From positions 512,001 through 576,000 of the forward strand of contig CAVVMW010000010.1 in NCBI GenBank assembly GCA_963749495.1: a stretch of 64,000 nucleotides of DNA. Direction: 5' to 3'. This DNA is from an uncultured bacterium (lineage in GTDB: Bacteria; Verrucomicrobiota; Verrucomicrobiia; Limisphaerales; UBA8199). Position 1 is the first letter of the stretch. Each line of letters opens with the position of its first letter. A program made the position numbers and the translations under genes. Below are positions 33,652 to 43,816 of this stretch, piece after piece. Below the pieces are notes generated by a model. It searched no databases. It had not been told where the DNA came from and worked only from the letters and a program-made list of their open reading frames with translations.

Positions 33652-35856
33652 TCACGGCGCCGGCAAATGGCGCGGGGCCCGCTCGGCGTCCGCGACCCGC
33701 TGAAGGTCTGCGTACAGTTTCCGCACCGGCGACACCCGCTCCAGCAGCGCGTCGCCTTGCCGGGCAAGCTCTTTGCGATACCGGTCGTTTTCCAGCTTCC
33801 CCTCGGCATCCAGTCGGCGCGCTTGGGCGACGATCTGCTCGACCTCCGCCAGACTGGCCAGCCGTTTCTGGATGAGTCCTGCCAGGCCGTCGAACTTCCA
33901 GAAACGCAAACCCTCTCGCACGATATAAACGGGCGTCGTGTGTGCGCTCGTGCCGTCACCCGCGCGAGCGCGGGCGGCAATCCAACAGCCCTGCCCCGCA
34001 TCCACCGTGAAATCCAAGCGGACCTCGGGCCGAGCCGGGTCCGCCGACTCGGCCGATCGGATGACCTCGCCATGCCGCACGACTTCCAGCTTCACGGGCG
34101 ACATGCGCCTGGCGTCGCCCCAAGCCCGGGCCTGCACGCGCAGCTTGCGGTCGGACTTGAGCCTCAGTTCATCGCCCGGCAACGCATGGTCCACTCGAAA
34201 CTCGAGCATGGGCCCGCTGGTGGTGAAGGTGTGTCCGCGGCGAAAGGCATCGAACCAGGCATCGGCCGAGAAAGCGTTCCGCCCCAGGAAGGCGTAGGCG
34301 CGGACCTCACCGACGGTGCCGCCCCACGGCACATCGGAACCGGCCGAGGCGGTCAGCTTGCAGCCCAGGTTCAGGAAATCATAATAGAGGTCTGTGCCCA
34401 GGTTGTTGAACTGGAGGATTTCGACGGAATCGACCTTTTGGCGCGGCACGTTCAGGCTCATGTCGCGATGGACGTGGAACATGCCCGAATTGACGTGTGC
34501 ATAGCCTGCCAGGCCGCCCTGGGCGTGGACCGCATCAAAGACCTCGTCATAAAGAAAATACCGGTCGGTGTCGCGGACCATGCTGGTGATGTCCATCGCC
34601 AGTGCGTGGCCGATCTGGTCATGAGTGCGCGGGCATTCCTGGCCGGGCACCAGCACGTATTGCCCCTCGACGACGCGGTAGTTCGGGCCAAAACCGCGTT
34701 GCTCGAAATAGGTGCGGTAGATGTCTCCCATCTTGACGATGTTGGCCAGATGGATGTCTTCGGCCTGCACCCAGGCCATCAGGTGACGCGCATCTCGGTC
34801 CGAGAGAATGCGGCAATGCACGTGGTCGTCCCCCGACCACCACCCCAGCCGCCGCATGTCCACCCAGCGGCGGGGGCGGATGGTCTGTTCCAGGGTTTGG
34901 CCGGAGCGGATGCTCACGTCCTGGAAGACGACCTCGTGCTCGACACCGCGGCGCACGCCGATTTGCCAAAGGCCAGGCGCCAGGGCCATGTCCACCGGCC
35001 CGGGCACGCACCAGAAGGGCTCGCCGAGCCGGCCGGGAAGATTCGCGGCGCGCGCCCCGCTGGTGTTGCCTTGTTTGTCGAACTGAGGCGCGAACTCGAT
35101 GCCATTGCCAGGCTGCCGCTCCAAGCCTTCGGTTTGCCACAGCAGCCGCACCATGGCGGGCGCGGGCTTGCCGGTGTCGTCCGAAAGGGCCATGAGCTTG
35201 AGCCGCCCCGGCGCCGGCGTGGTGACGTCCAGGGGCAAACGCACGGCGGCCCGGCCAGGCCGCCGGAACTCGAGTGTCAGCGTTGTGCGGCCAAAAGGAA
35301 CATGTTCCAGGCCGGCGACGGCGTAAGTTCTGCCATTTGCCGCCGCTTCAACCGTGACCAGGCTCGACTCACCGGGTGGTTGCGACAAATCACACAGGCT
35401 CGTCGTGCAACTGAAACCGTCGCTGCCTGCCAGCACCTCGAACAACAAGGCCCCGGTGTCTCCAGGCAATTCGACCGGCCCATTGGGCGTGAGGGCCGGG
35501 CGCTCAGCCGTCAAGTCCACGCGAATAAGCCGGGGGCAGGCGGCCACGGAACGGAACAAGCGGTCCGCCGCGGCAGTGCCACGCTCAGCGGCCACCCTCC
35601 GCGAGGCCTCGTCAGCCGCTTTCTGCAGTTGCTGTTGCGCCTGGCGCAGGTTGCGGTTGAGCGCCTCCAGGTCCGCGCGCTGCTCCGCCCCGAACAAATA
35701 CCAGTGTTGGCGCGCAACGCGGCCGGCGAAATCAACCACGCCCGGAGGCAGCGGCGCCGCGGTTTCGGCCGGCCGCCCCGACGGCGCGCCGACCCACGTT
35801 GCCAGAGTGATTGCCAGGCAGGCCGGGAAACAGCGGAACTGCACGAGCTTAGTCAT
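33652..35856 (-). CDS. CehA/McbA-family (PHP-like) exported metallohydrolase
   Basis: GWWSGDDHVH, GYAHV, YYDFLNLG, ASAGSD, GHTFTTSGP, SAHTTPVY; signal peptide from ATG 35856. Confidence 0.8.
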   Translation of the reverse strand: MTKLVQFRCFPACLAITLATWVGAPSGRPAETAAPLPPGVVDFAGRVARQHWYLFGAEQRADLEALNRNLRQAQQQLQKAADEASRRVAAERGTAAADRLFRSVAACPRLIRVDLTAERPALTPNGPVELPGDTGALLFEVLAGSDGFSCTTSLCDLSQPPGESSLVTVEAAANGRTYAVAGLEHVPFGRTTLTLEFRRPGRAAVRLPLDVTTPAPGRLKLMALSDDTGKPAPAMVRLLWQTEGLERQPGNGIEFAPQFDKQGNTSGARAANLPGRLGEPFWCVPGPVDMALAPGLWQIGVRRGVEHEVVFQDVSIRSGQTLEQTIRPRRWVDMRRLGWWSGDDHVHCRILSDRDARHLMAWVQAEDIHLANIVKMGDIYRTYFEQRGFGPNYRVVEGQYVLVPGQECPRTHDQIGHALAMDITSMVRDTDRYFLYDEVFDAVHAQGGLAGYAHVNSGMFHVHRDMSLNVPRQKVDSVEILQFNNLGTDLYYDFLNLGCKLTASAGSDVPWGGTVGEVRAYAFLGRNAFSADAWFDAFRRGHTFTTSGPMLEFRVDHALPGDELRLKSDRKLRVQARAWGDARRMSPVKLEVVRHGEVIRSAESADPARPEVRLDFTVDAGQGCWIAARARAGDGTSAHTTPVYIVREGLRFWKFDGLAGLIQKRLASLAEVEQIVAQARRLDAEGKLENDRYRKELARQGDALLERVSPVRKLYADLQRVADAERAPRHLPAP

Positions 35857-36503
35857 AGAGCAGGTCTTTTGGGCGGCCTCAGGCACTTGACCTTGAACCG
35901 CCGCGTCTCGCCAGGGAGCGCCGGCGCGAAGCCCGGGTCGGCCGGTTTCTCCTCTTCCAGCGCGCAACCGTCCCGGCCCTCGGCCTGCAGTGTCCCGAGC
36001 GCTTTCGCCTCCGGCCACAAGCTGTCCTCGATGACCAACTCATCGCCGGCGCGTAACGCCGCCGGCTTCGCGGCGAAGAAAAAAAGGCGAAGCCGGTGAC
36101 GGGCGGGGCCAGTCTGGTCGTTGCCCAGCAAGTTAACTTCCGGGTCGTAGAGCGGCACTAATTCCACCTCGTGGCCCGCGATGCGCAGGTTCACCTGCTC
36201 GGCGACAACGGGCGCCAGCCTCTTCAGGTACGACTCCAGTTCCGACCGAGTGATGTGTCCGTTGCGATCGGCATCCATCGTCTGGCGCTCCCGCCACGAC
36301 CATTCCTCGAAAAAGGTGAGATCCAGGGTCAAATTGACATATTTTGCCCCGACGGTCAGGTGAACGCTGTGTTGGATGTAGGCCGTGAACAAGTCATGGG
36401 CCACCGCCTCTCGGTGCCACTCGGGCAGGATGCCGACGAGCACCAGGAGTGCCGCGCCAACCACCCTCGGCCACCGATCCGAGGCTTGGGCGATATTGGT
36501 CAT
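35853..36503 (-). CDS. Exported hypothetical protein with EF-hand-like motif
   Basis: Signal peptide ending AVA-HD; MDADRNGHITRSE; overlaps the next gene start. Confidence 0.6.
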   Translation of the reverse strand: MTNIAQASDRWPRVVGAALLVLVGILPEWHREAVAHDLFTAYIQHSVHLTVGAKYVNLTLDLTFFEEWSWRERQTMDADRNGHITRSELESYLKRLAPVVAEQVNLRIAGHEVELVPLYDPEVNLLGNDQTGPARHRLRLFFFAAKPAALRAGDELVIEDSLWPEAKALGTLQAEGRDGCALEEEKPADPGFAPALPGETRRFKVKCLRPPKRPAL

Positions 36504-36781
36504 GCGATGCTCTGGTGTCTCCCTTTTACTCCCTGCCCCCGGCGAGGGCAAGGGCCAAGCGGCGAGCCTGTGGTTGAAGGCGAGTTCGTCTTGGCTTAAT
36601 ATGGCATGATCGTGAACCCTGACGTATTAGCGCAGTTTGGAGCCGTCACGGAAGCCCGCCTGGCGGGTTCCCCGGAGCGGGCCATCATTGAGCAGTTGTT
36701 CGAGCACGTTCCTTTTAAGAGTCCGCCGGTTGTTTTCAGCCAAGACACGGGCCTTGCCCGTCGCTTAAATTGAGTGCCAAG

Positions 36782-37735
36782 ATGAAGAGACCCTTCTGGA
36801 GAGGTGTGTTTCCCGCGATTACAACTCAACTCGAAAAGGACCAGGCGCTCGACGTGGAGGCTACCGGCCGACATGTCGAAGCCCTGCTCGATTCCGGCGT
36901 GTCCGGCATCATCTTTCTCGGCTCGCTGGGCGAAAACCAGGCGCTCCTGCCTGCTGAAAAGCGACGATTGATGGAAGCCATGGTCCAGGCCGTGGCCGGC
37001 CGCGTGCCGGTGCTGAGTGGCGTCGCCGAGACCAGCACGGCCGAAGCGTGCCGCTACGTCCGCGACCTCGAGAAACTCGGCGTGGATGGCTTCATGGTGA
37101 TGCCCGCCATGCTCTACCGGGGTGACCCGCGCGAGACCTTGGCGCATTTTCGGGCGACGGCCAAGGCCACCGGCTTGCCCATCATGATTTACAACAACCC
37201 CGTCAGCTACGCCAACGACATCACCCCCGAGATGTTCGCCCAATTGGCGGAGGTGAAGAACTTCGTCGCACTTAAGGAAAGCTCCGGCAACACCCGCCGC
37301 ATAACCGATCTGCGGAATGCCGTGGGCGACCGCTACGCTATCTTCACCGGCGTGGATGACCTGGTGCTTGAGAGCGCCATCCTTGGCATCGATGGCTGGG
37401 TCGCCGGCAGCGGCATCGCCGTTCCGGCTGAAAACCAGTGGTTCTGGGAACTGACGCGCCGCGGCGAATGGGACCGGGCGCGGGAGCTTTATCGCTGGTT
37501 CACCCCGCTGCTCCACCTGGATACCCACACCAAGTTCGTCCAATGTATTAAGCTGGCTGTGCAGGAATGCGGCCTGGGCCGTGAATGGGTGCGCGCCCCC
37601 CGCCTGCCTCTGGTCGGAGCTGAGCGCCAGCAGGTCCTCCGGATCATCGAGCAGGCCATCCGCCACCGGCCTGCAATTCCCCCGCGCAAGCCTGTCCGAA
37701 TCACCAATCACCAGTCACCCATCTCTGCTCCCTAA
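36782..37735 (+). CDS. DapA-family protein, likely pyrroline-hydroxy-carboxylate deaminase
   Basis: GVFPAITT, GSLGE, MIYNNP, ALKESSG; precedes a proline-racemase-family gene. Confidence 0.85.
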   Translation: MKRPFWRGVFPAITTQLEKDQALDVEATGRHVEALLDSGVSGIIFLGSLGENQALLPAEKRRLMEAMVQAVAGRVPVLSGVAETSTAEACRYVRDLEKLGVDGFMVMPAMLYRGDPRETLAHFRATAKATGLPIMIYNNPVSYANDITPEMFAQLAEVKNFVALKESSGNTRRITDLRNAVGDRYAIFTGVDDLVLESAILGIDGWVAGSGIAVPAENQWFWELTRRGEWDRARELYRWFTPLLHLDTHTKFVQCIKLAVQECGLGREWVRAPRLPLVGAERQQVLRIIEQAIRHRPAIPPRKPVRITNHQSPISAP

Positions 37736-37747
37736 TCACCCTTCACT
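37699..37747 (+). repeat. Seven degenerate heptamer units (AATCACC-like)
   Basis: aatcacc aatcacc agtcacc catctct gctccct aatcacc cttcact, ending immediately before ATG 37748. Confidence 0.65.
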
Positions 37748-38677
37748 ATGAAGCGTGTCTGCATCATTGACTCCCATACCGGGGGCGAGCCCACACGCCT
37801 GGTCGTCAGCGGCGGACCTGCCCTGGGCGGCGGCAGCGTGGCTGACAAGCTGAAGGTTTTCCGCCAGCATTATGATCGCTTCCGCTCCGCTGTCGTCAAC
37901 GAGCCGCGCGGCTCCGATGTGTTGGTCGGCGGCAGCCTCGTCGAGCCGCAGGACCCCTCTTGTGCAGCCGGCGTGATCTTCTTCAACAATGTCGGTTACC
38001 TTGGCATGTGCGGCCATGGCACGATCGGCCTCGTGGCCACCTTGGCGCACCTGGGCCGAATCGGCCACGGGGAACATCGGATCGAAACCCCCGTCGGCAT
38101 TGTCACTGCCACCCTTCACCCGGACGGCGCGGTTTCGGTCACCAACGTGCCCAGTTGGCGCGCTGAAAAAGATTTGCTGGTCAAGGTGCCCGGCATTGGG
38201 TTGGTGGCCGGTGACCTCGCTTGGGGCGGCAACTGGTTTTTTCTAGTCGAGGGCCACCGCCTGGACCTGTCGCTTGCGAACGTCCAGGCGCTCACAGAAT
38301 ACAGTTGGCGCCTGCGCCAGGCCCTCAACGCCCAGGGCTTTCCCGACGTGGACCACATCGAGCTTCTGGGTGCCCCGGCCTCGCCCAGCGCCAACTCAAG
38401 GAATTTTGTGCTCTGTCCCGGCAAGGCCTATGACCGGTCCCCCTGCGGCACAGGCACCAGCGCCAAACTGGCCGGCCTGGCCGCGGACGGCAAACTCGCC
38501 GAAGGCTCCCCGTGGATACAGGAGAGCATCCTGGGGAGCACCTTCACCGGCTCTTTCACCTGGCTCGACCGCGCGGCCGGCAAAATTGCTCCCCGGATTA
38601 CCGGAACCGCTTTCGTCAACGGCGAGGCCACTCTCCTGCTCGATGAACGCGACCCTTTCTGCTGGGGCATCCACTGA
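37748..38677 (+). CDS. Proline racemase family, likely 4-hydroxyproline epimerase
   Basis: [10 protein letters not shown]; catalytic MCGH and DRSPCGTG motifs. Confidence 0.92.
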   Translation: MKRVCIIDSHTGGEPTRLVVSGGPALGGGSVADKLKVFRQHYDRFRSAVVNEPRGSDVLVGGSLVEPQDPSCAAGVIFFNNVGYLGMCGHGTIGLVATLAHLGRIGHGEHRIETPVGIVTATLHPDGAVSVTNVPSWRAEKDLLVKVPGIGLVAGDLAWGGNWFFLVEGHRLDLSLANVQALTEYSWRLRQALNAQGFPDVDHIELLGAPASPSANSRNFVLCPGKAYDRSPCGTGTSAKLAGLAADGKLAEGSPWIQESILGSTFTGSFTWLDRAAGKIAPRITGTAFVNGEATLLLDERDPFCWGIH

Positions 38678-38702
38678 TCTCCCGGTTCCACTATAGGCCC
38701 TT

Positions 38703-39821
38703 ATGCCATCTTCCTTTGACGTAATCATCGTCGGCGCTGGCATTGTTGGGGCGGCCTGTGCCGCCGAATGCGCCCGGGGTGGTCTTCGGGTCCTGGTTGT
38801 GGACCGCGGCCCAATCGGCGGTGGCGCCACCGGGGCCGCCACAGGCCACATCGTTGTCATGGACGACTCGGAAGCCCAGTTTGCGCTCACTTCCTATTCC
38901 CGCGCCCTCTGGCACCAACTCGCCCAGGCCCTCCCGGCCGACATCGAGTACGACCAATGCGGCACGCTTTGGGTCGCCGCCGATGAGGAAGAAATGGCCG
39001 AGGTCTGCCGCAAACAGCAACACTACGCCCGCCGCAGCGTGCGCGCCGAGGTCTTGGACGGCGGCCAGGTGGCTGCCGCCGAGCCCCAACTGCGCGCCGG
39101 CTTGGCGGGCGGGTTGCTCGTCCCTGGTGACGCCGTGCTGCTTCCGCCCTGCGCGGCCCGGTTCTTGATTGAGCAAGCCAGGCAGCATGGCGCCCAGGTT
39201 CGCATTGGCACCGGCGTGCAGCAATTACTCCCGGAAGGCGGCGTGGTGTTGGCCGACGGTTCCCGGGTCAACGCCGCCGTGTCCGTCAGCGCCACCGGCC
39301 CTTGGGCCTCCGCCCTGACACCGGGCCTGCCCATTCGGAAACGCAAGGGCCACCTCGTCATTACCGACCGCCACCCCGGGTTTGTCCGCCATCAACTCGT
39401 CGAGTTGGGCTATTCTAAGAGCGCCCAGGGCACCGCCCGTGACTCCGTCGCATTCAACATCCAGCCGCGCAAGAATGGCCAGATGCTCATCGGTTCCTCC
39501 CGGCAATACGATGCTGACAATGCCGCGGTGGACCAACCTATCCTGGATCGCATGCTCCGCCGCGCGCTCGAGTACCTGCCGGCTCTCGGGCAGCTTTCAG
39601 TCATCCGCGCCTGGACCGCCCATCGCGCCGCGACACCAGACAAGCTCCCGCTCATCGGCCCCAGCCGGGATTGCGACCGCATCTGGCTGGCCACCGGCCA
39701 CGAAGGCCTCGGCATCACCACCTCCCTCGCCACCGGCCGTCTCCTGGCGGATTTGCTCCTCAATAGAAAAACCGAAATCCCCGCCGCGCCCTACGCTGCC
39801 GCCCGCCTCGCCAATGCCTGA
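38703..39821 (+). CDS. FAD-dependent DAO-family oxidoreductase (D-hydroxyproline dehydrogenase subunit-like)
   Basis: GAGIVG, RKGHL, ATGHEGLGITT; operon context. Confidence 0.85.
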   Translation: MPSSFDVIIVGAGIVGAACAAECARGGLRVLVVDRGPIGGGATGAATGHIVVMDDSEAQFALTSYSRALWHQLAQALPADIEYDQCGTLWVAADEEEMAEVCRKQQHYARRSVRAEVLDGGQVAAAEPQLRAGLAGGLLVPGDAVLLPPCAARFLIEQARQHGAQVRIGTGVQQLLPEGGVVLADGSRVNAAVSVSATGPWASALTPGLPIRKRKGHLVITDRHPGFVRHQLVELGYSKSAQGTARDSVAFNIQPRKNGQMLIGSSRQYDADNAAVDQPILDRMLRRALEYLPALGQLSVIRAWTAHRAATPDKLPLIGPSRDCDRIWLATGHEGLGITTSLATGRLLADLLLNRKTEIPAAPYAAARLANA

Positions 39822-39954
39822 TGGGTTTCTCATCTCTGGCTTGAAGACCTCTTCGTAAGTACTCAGCACCACTCCACGTCCTTTGCGCGCCCTTAGTGGT
39901 CATGAACATAAATACGATGACGTATCCTGGATGCGCGGCAGGGCCGCCGCGAGC

Positions 39955-40091
39955 GTAGCGCAGACCTCCGAGTCTGCTGTCTCGCAGGTTTCCAAACCTG
40001 CGGGCCAACCAAGGTGCGGACGCGCGTGCCTTCACGGGCGCGCAGCCGACTTGGAAGTCGGCGATACAGCAGACTCGGAGGTCTGCGCTAC
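39955..40091. repeat. GTAG-type REPIN
   Basis: Perfect 26-bp inverted arms GTAGCGCAGACCTCCGAGTCTGCTGT / ACAGCAGACTCGGAGGTCTGCGCTAC with inner hairpins. Confidence 0.85.
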
Positions 40092-40264
40092 GTCACCGTA
40101 TTTGCGTCCGGTAGTACTTAGTCCGAGAGCTCCCCATACCCCGCCCCTGACCACGGATAGTCCCTCTTCGCTGCCACCCCACTTGAATGGGTATAGATCT
40201 TCATGGCTTTGGGGCAGGTGGGTGTAAGCCCTCCGTGAAGGTGGGAACCTCACTGCCCGCGGCT

Positions 40265-40440
40265 CACCGCGTAGCGGTGCCCGATGGTAGCCGTGGACTT
40301 CCAGTCCACGGACCCATGGCCCAAGCTCGACCGCGTCGCGTCGCGACGCCTGAAAACCGCGACGCTCTCAGGCGTCGCTACGCGACGCGCGATGATTCCC
40401 ACGCCCCGAACCGTGGACCGAGAGGGCCGGGGTGAGGGGT
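40265..40440. repeat. Truncated second GTAG REPIN family fused to a GAGGGCCGGGGTGAGGGG repeat half
   Basis: GTAGCCGTGGACTTCCAGTCCACGG; inverted CGCGTCGCGTCGCGACGCCTGA / TCAGGCGTCGCTACGCGACGCG; right arm breaks after CCGTGGAC. Confidence 0.6.
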
Positions 40441-40950
40441 CGGCCTGGCACTCCGTCTCCGCCTTCGCTGACCGGCTTCCGAAGGGGAGAAAAAAGTATT
40501 GACGGAAACCGACCATTGGCAACCAGTTACGACGATTTGACCAAAAACCACAAAACTTTTTTCAAGTCAGACCCCCAATTTTGACCTGAAAGACCGCTCA
40601 CGGCCGTTACAACCTGAGCGGTCAATTGGCCGTCGGAAATACTGTAATAAAACCGACAACCGGATTGGCGATAGCCCGCCCTCCCCTTGGGGGTCATGGT
40701 CAAACCCTCACCCCGCATCGAAAAACGTCTCTGCCACCCCTTTTTGGGGCAGGTCCATCCCAAACCCTCGCCCCAAGGTGGGCGACCTGGCCAGACCCCC
40801 TTGGCGCTCCGAATTGGGCTGTTCCGGCGACGTTCGAGCCCGCCCCTTCAACCGGAGGGTGTGAACATCCTCGCCAACGAATGACGGGTGCGATTCTGAG
40901 TCGAAATTGTAATTGTCAGCAGCCCACGGATGCGGCAATGTCGTCACACC

Positions 40951-41922
40951 ATGACAAGCGAACCTCAAAACACGGCCTCGATGCCCTCAGCGCCGCCGTC
41001 ACCGCATTCACCCCAAGAAGTGTCATTGGAGCAACGACTACTAACGCTCGAAAAGGGGGATAACCGCGCATTCCGGTTCGTTCAATTGGCGATGGGCATT
41101 TTCGTGCTATTTATAGGTTTTAATTGGTGGTCAGCGAAAACGAATTATGACAGGGATCGGGAATATTTTCAAAACAGGTTAGCACTGGCTCAATCCGAGA
41201 TTTCGTCCGCAAATGACAAACAGATAACAGAGCTTCGAAAGCAAACCGAGTTTTCAAATGAGAAGCAAATGAATGAGATAAGAAAGCAAGCTGACGCTTC
41301 GCTCATCTCTATTAGCAACAACTTGCAGAATGACTTTGTGGCCCTTGAACATCAGATAGATGAGAAGCGCTCAAATGCGGTAGTGGCTTTTACCAATTCG
41401 ATTATGCGCCTAGCAACTAACGTGCAGAATGGAATGGAAATACTCATCACTAATATGAATAAAGCCCTTGACGGGTCGATTAAACAGAACACTGAGATAT
41501 TGAATAACACGCTCACGAATATTCAGGGAGAGGTCAACAAGGCAACCGCTGGAGCAAGAGGCGTAAGCCTTATGGTGCAATCCTCTTCATTTCTAAACAT
41601 TCACGGCGGCTCTAAGCAGGAAAACCTTGCAGACGGGGCAGATTCATTGTTGGCAGCCGCGCATTTCCTTTTTCTAGCTAAGGACGAAGCGAACATGAGG
41701 CGCTGTGTGAATATATTGTGCGGGAGCTGCTTGCCGCAATTGACACAGAAAGCCAGTAAAACCTTATTGGCTCATTTGGACTCTACGAGGCATCTTACGG
41801 ATAAAATCCGTGCATTAGTGTCTGACCTTGAAAGCGCTGATAAGACCGGTGCATACAGCGATAATATCTCGACGCTTAAATACGACTCGGAGATTATTCA
41901 AGGCAAACTGCCAACTAAGTAG
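40951..41922 (+). CDS. AT-rich hypothetical protein (single TM + coiled coil)
   Basis: Long ORF, visibly lower GC than flanks; TM segment FVQLAMGIFVLFIGFNWW. Confidence 0.7.
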   Translation: MTSEPQNTASMPSAPPSPHSPQEVSLEQRLLTLEKGDNRAFRFVQLAMGIFVLFIGFNWWSAKTNYDRDREYFQNRLALAQSEISSANDKQITELRKQTEFSNEKQMNEIRKQADASLISISNNLQNDFVALEHQIDEKRSNAVVAFTNSIMRLATNVQNGMEILITNMNKALDGSIKQNTEILNNTLTNIQGEVNKATAGARGVSLMVQSSSFLNIHGGSKQENLADGADSLLAAAHFLFLAKDEANMRRCVNILCGSCLPQLTQKASKTLLAHLDSTRHLTDKIRALVSDLESADKTGAYSDNISTLKYDSEIIQGKLPTK

Positions 41923-41996
41923 GCGAACTCTGGTCAGGCGCCTCAAAACCCCGCGCAGATCAGAGGGCGGAGGATAAGCCCGGTTCGATGTTTTCC

Positions 41997-42353
41997 CTAT
42001 TTCGCCGGGACGGAATACGTCTTGGCTGTCTTGTCGAAGGTGAGGGTCTTTGACTTCTCGACCAGTTTTTTCAGTGTGCCCCTGGTATACGTGGTCTTGA
42101 CCCCGGCAGCGATTTCCGACTTGGAAACCGGCTTCCCTTGGGTCTTCACCCAATCCAAAATCCGGTCGGCGACGGTGGGCGGGGAGGGCGGCTGCCAAGT
42201 GGGGTCAATGGCCGTGATTTTGTCGGCCAGTTCTCCCAATTTGCCGAGGGTTTCGGAGTATTCGGCCTTCATCGGTTCAAGGCTGGCCTGTTGACGGTCT
42301 TTGACGGCAGCCTTCAATTGTTCGGGGGTCATTCCGGCGAGAACGGCCCGCAT
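41997..42353 (-). CDS. Small basic hypothetical protein (coiled coil + possible winged helix)
   Basis: DRILDWVKTQGKPVSKSEIAAGV...TLKKLV...KTYS pattern. Confidence 0.5.
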   Translation of the reverse strand: MRAVLAGMTPEQLKAAVKDRQQASLEPMKAEYSETLGKLGELADKITAIDPTWQPPSPPTVADRILDWVKTQGKPVSKSEIAAGVKTTYTRGTLKKLVEKSKTLTFDKTAKTYSVPAK

Positions 42354-42558
42354 TATTTCGGGCGTGATTTGAGGGGCGGCGGTCGGCTTGGCGTCGGCAA
42401 TGGGGGGTTCGGTTTTTGCTGAGGGTAATGTAACCTCAACTGTGTGGACATTCTCTCAGAAACACTGGTTTCTGTCTGTACTTTTGGGGAGAGGGCGGGA
42501 GTGAGGGGAGCCGGACAAAATAGTAACCATTAGACGTGTTCATTTCCGCGTATTCCGC

Positions 42559-43356
42559 TCGCAGCCCATAAGGCTGCCAGTCCAGCCGGTGGAAGTCCGG
42601 CGATGGTAACTGACGATGAACCATACAGTGATAACCGACGCGGGAAGGGGCGACCCGACCCGCGAAAGCTCGGTCGTAAAAGTCCTGGCCGGAGCAGGGC
42701 GAGCAACACCTCCAGGCCGTAGCATAAAGCGAAAGCTGCAGCTTCGTTACGCTACCCACGGGTTCCGGATTCGTGGGATTTGTGACTGCCGAGCCGGTGC
42801 GAAAACGGCGAAGGCACAACCAACGATGAAGGCATCGTCGCAGGCAATCGTTGGAGTCACCGGAGTACGGGCGGCGGCATGGGGTGAAAGGACTGGCAGA
42901 GTAAATTGGGGACCCTCTGGGGCTGGCGGGTTGGCCCCGCAGCCTGGCGGAATAATGCATAAGCCGCTGGGTGGCCAACAGAGGCGCACATGTGGCCATA
43001 GTAAGCGACGAGCCGACCGGACAGCACAACCGGTTGGGGAGCCAAGGGCCACTGGACCCGCGGTCGTGGTCAGAAGTTCTCGGTGCCGCTTGGACGCAAG
43101 TCCGACTACGGAACAACCGCCGGGGACGGAGATACCGACAGTGACGGCCTATAAGCGGGCGGTAGCACGCCCGCGAAGGTGGCCGTGGCGTCAGGCGGGT
43201 TTGAAGCCGTACTGGGGAAAACCCACCGTACGGAATTTTAGAGGGGGCAGAGGAAACGAAGTGAATGGCCTGATGACCGTTTGCCACGATGCCCGAAAGG
43301 GCCGATACACTGGAAGTCATTGGCCTAATCATGTTCGCGCCTCTGCTCTACTCGAT
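42559..43356 (+). mobile_element. ORF-less group II intron, copy 4 (798 nt), inserted in the left repeat of the GxxExxY gene
   Basis: Same DIII/DV/DVI; flanks TTTCCGCGTATTCCGC| and |GTATTCCGCGGTT. Confidence 0.87.
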
Positions 43357-43404
43357 GTATTCCGCGGTTCATTCTTCTTCGCAGCTTTGCTAGCCTCGCC
43401 GGCC

Positions 43405-43803
43405 GTGAAAACCAATCTTATTTACGAGGCAGAATCCTACCAGCTTATCGGCGCGTGCTTCGAGGTTTACCGCGAAAAGGGTTGCGGCTTCCTGGAGCCG
43501 GTTTATCAGGAGTGTATGGAGATTGAGTTGCGCCTGCGGGGAGTCCCCTTTGTCCCCCAGAAGCCCTTGGCCTTGGAATACAAAGGCTGTCCGCTTCGGG
43601 CCAAGTACGAGCCGGACTTCATCTGCCATGAGAAGATCATTCTGGAACTCAAGGCGGTGAGCGAGTTGGCTGACGAGCATCGGGCGCAGGTGCAAAACTA
43701 CCTCAAGGCGACCGGGTTCAAGCTCGGGCTGTTGGTCAACTTTGGCCATTATCCCAGGCTCCAAAGTGAGCGCATCGTGGCGGAGCGGGGCCGATATGGC
43801 TAG
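43405..43803 (+). CDS. GxxExxY family protein (PD-(D/E)XK-like nuclease fold)
   Basis: GFLEPVY, YEPDFIC, IILELKA, QVQNYLKATG..LGLLVNFG; GTG start 43405. Confidence 0.92.
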   Translation: MKTNLIYEAESYQLIGACFEVYREKGCGFLEPVYQECMEIELRLRGVPFVPQKPLALEYKGCPLRAKYEPDFICHEKIILELKAVSELADEHRAQVQNYLKATGFKLGLLVNFGHYPRLQSERIVAERGRYG

Positions 43804-43816
43804 GGCAGATGAGGGC

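Noticed and set aside
42550..43365. GTATTCCGC on both sides of copy 4 as a 9-bp target-site duplication
   Set aside because: The partner arm at 43817-43845 already contains both units, so they pre-existed. The element has no TIRs and copy 1 lacks such a flank.
42616..43803. 395-aa ORF as a real fusion protein
   Set aside because: The first 263 codons are read-through of intron RNA and spacer; the recognisable GxxExxY protein starts at GTG 43405.
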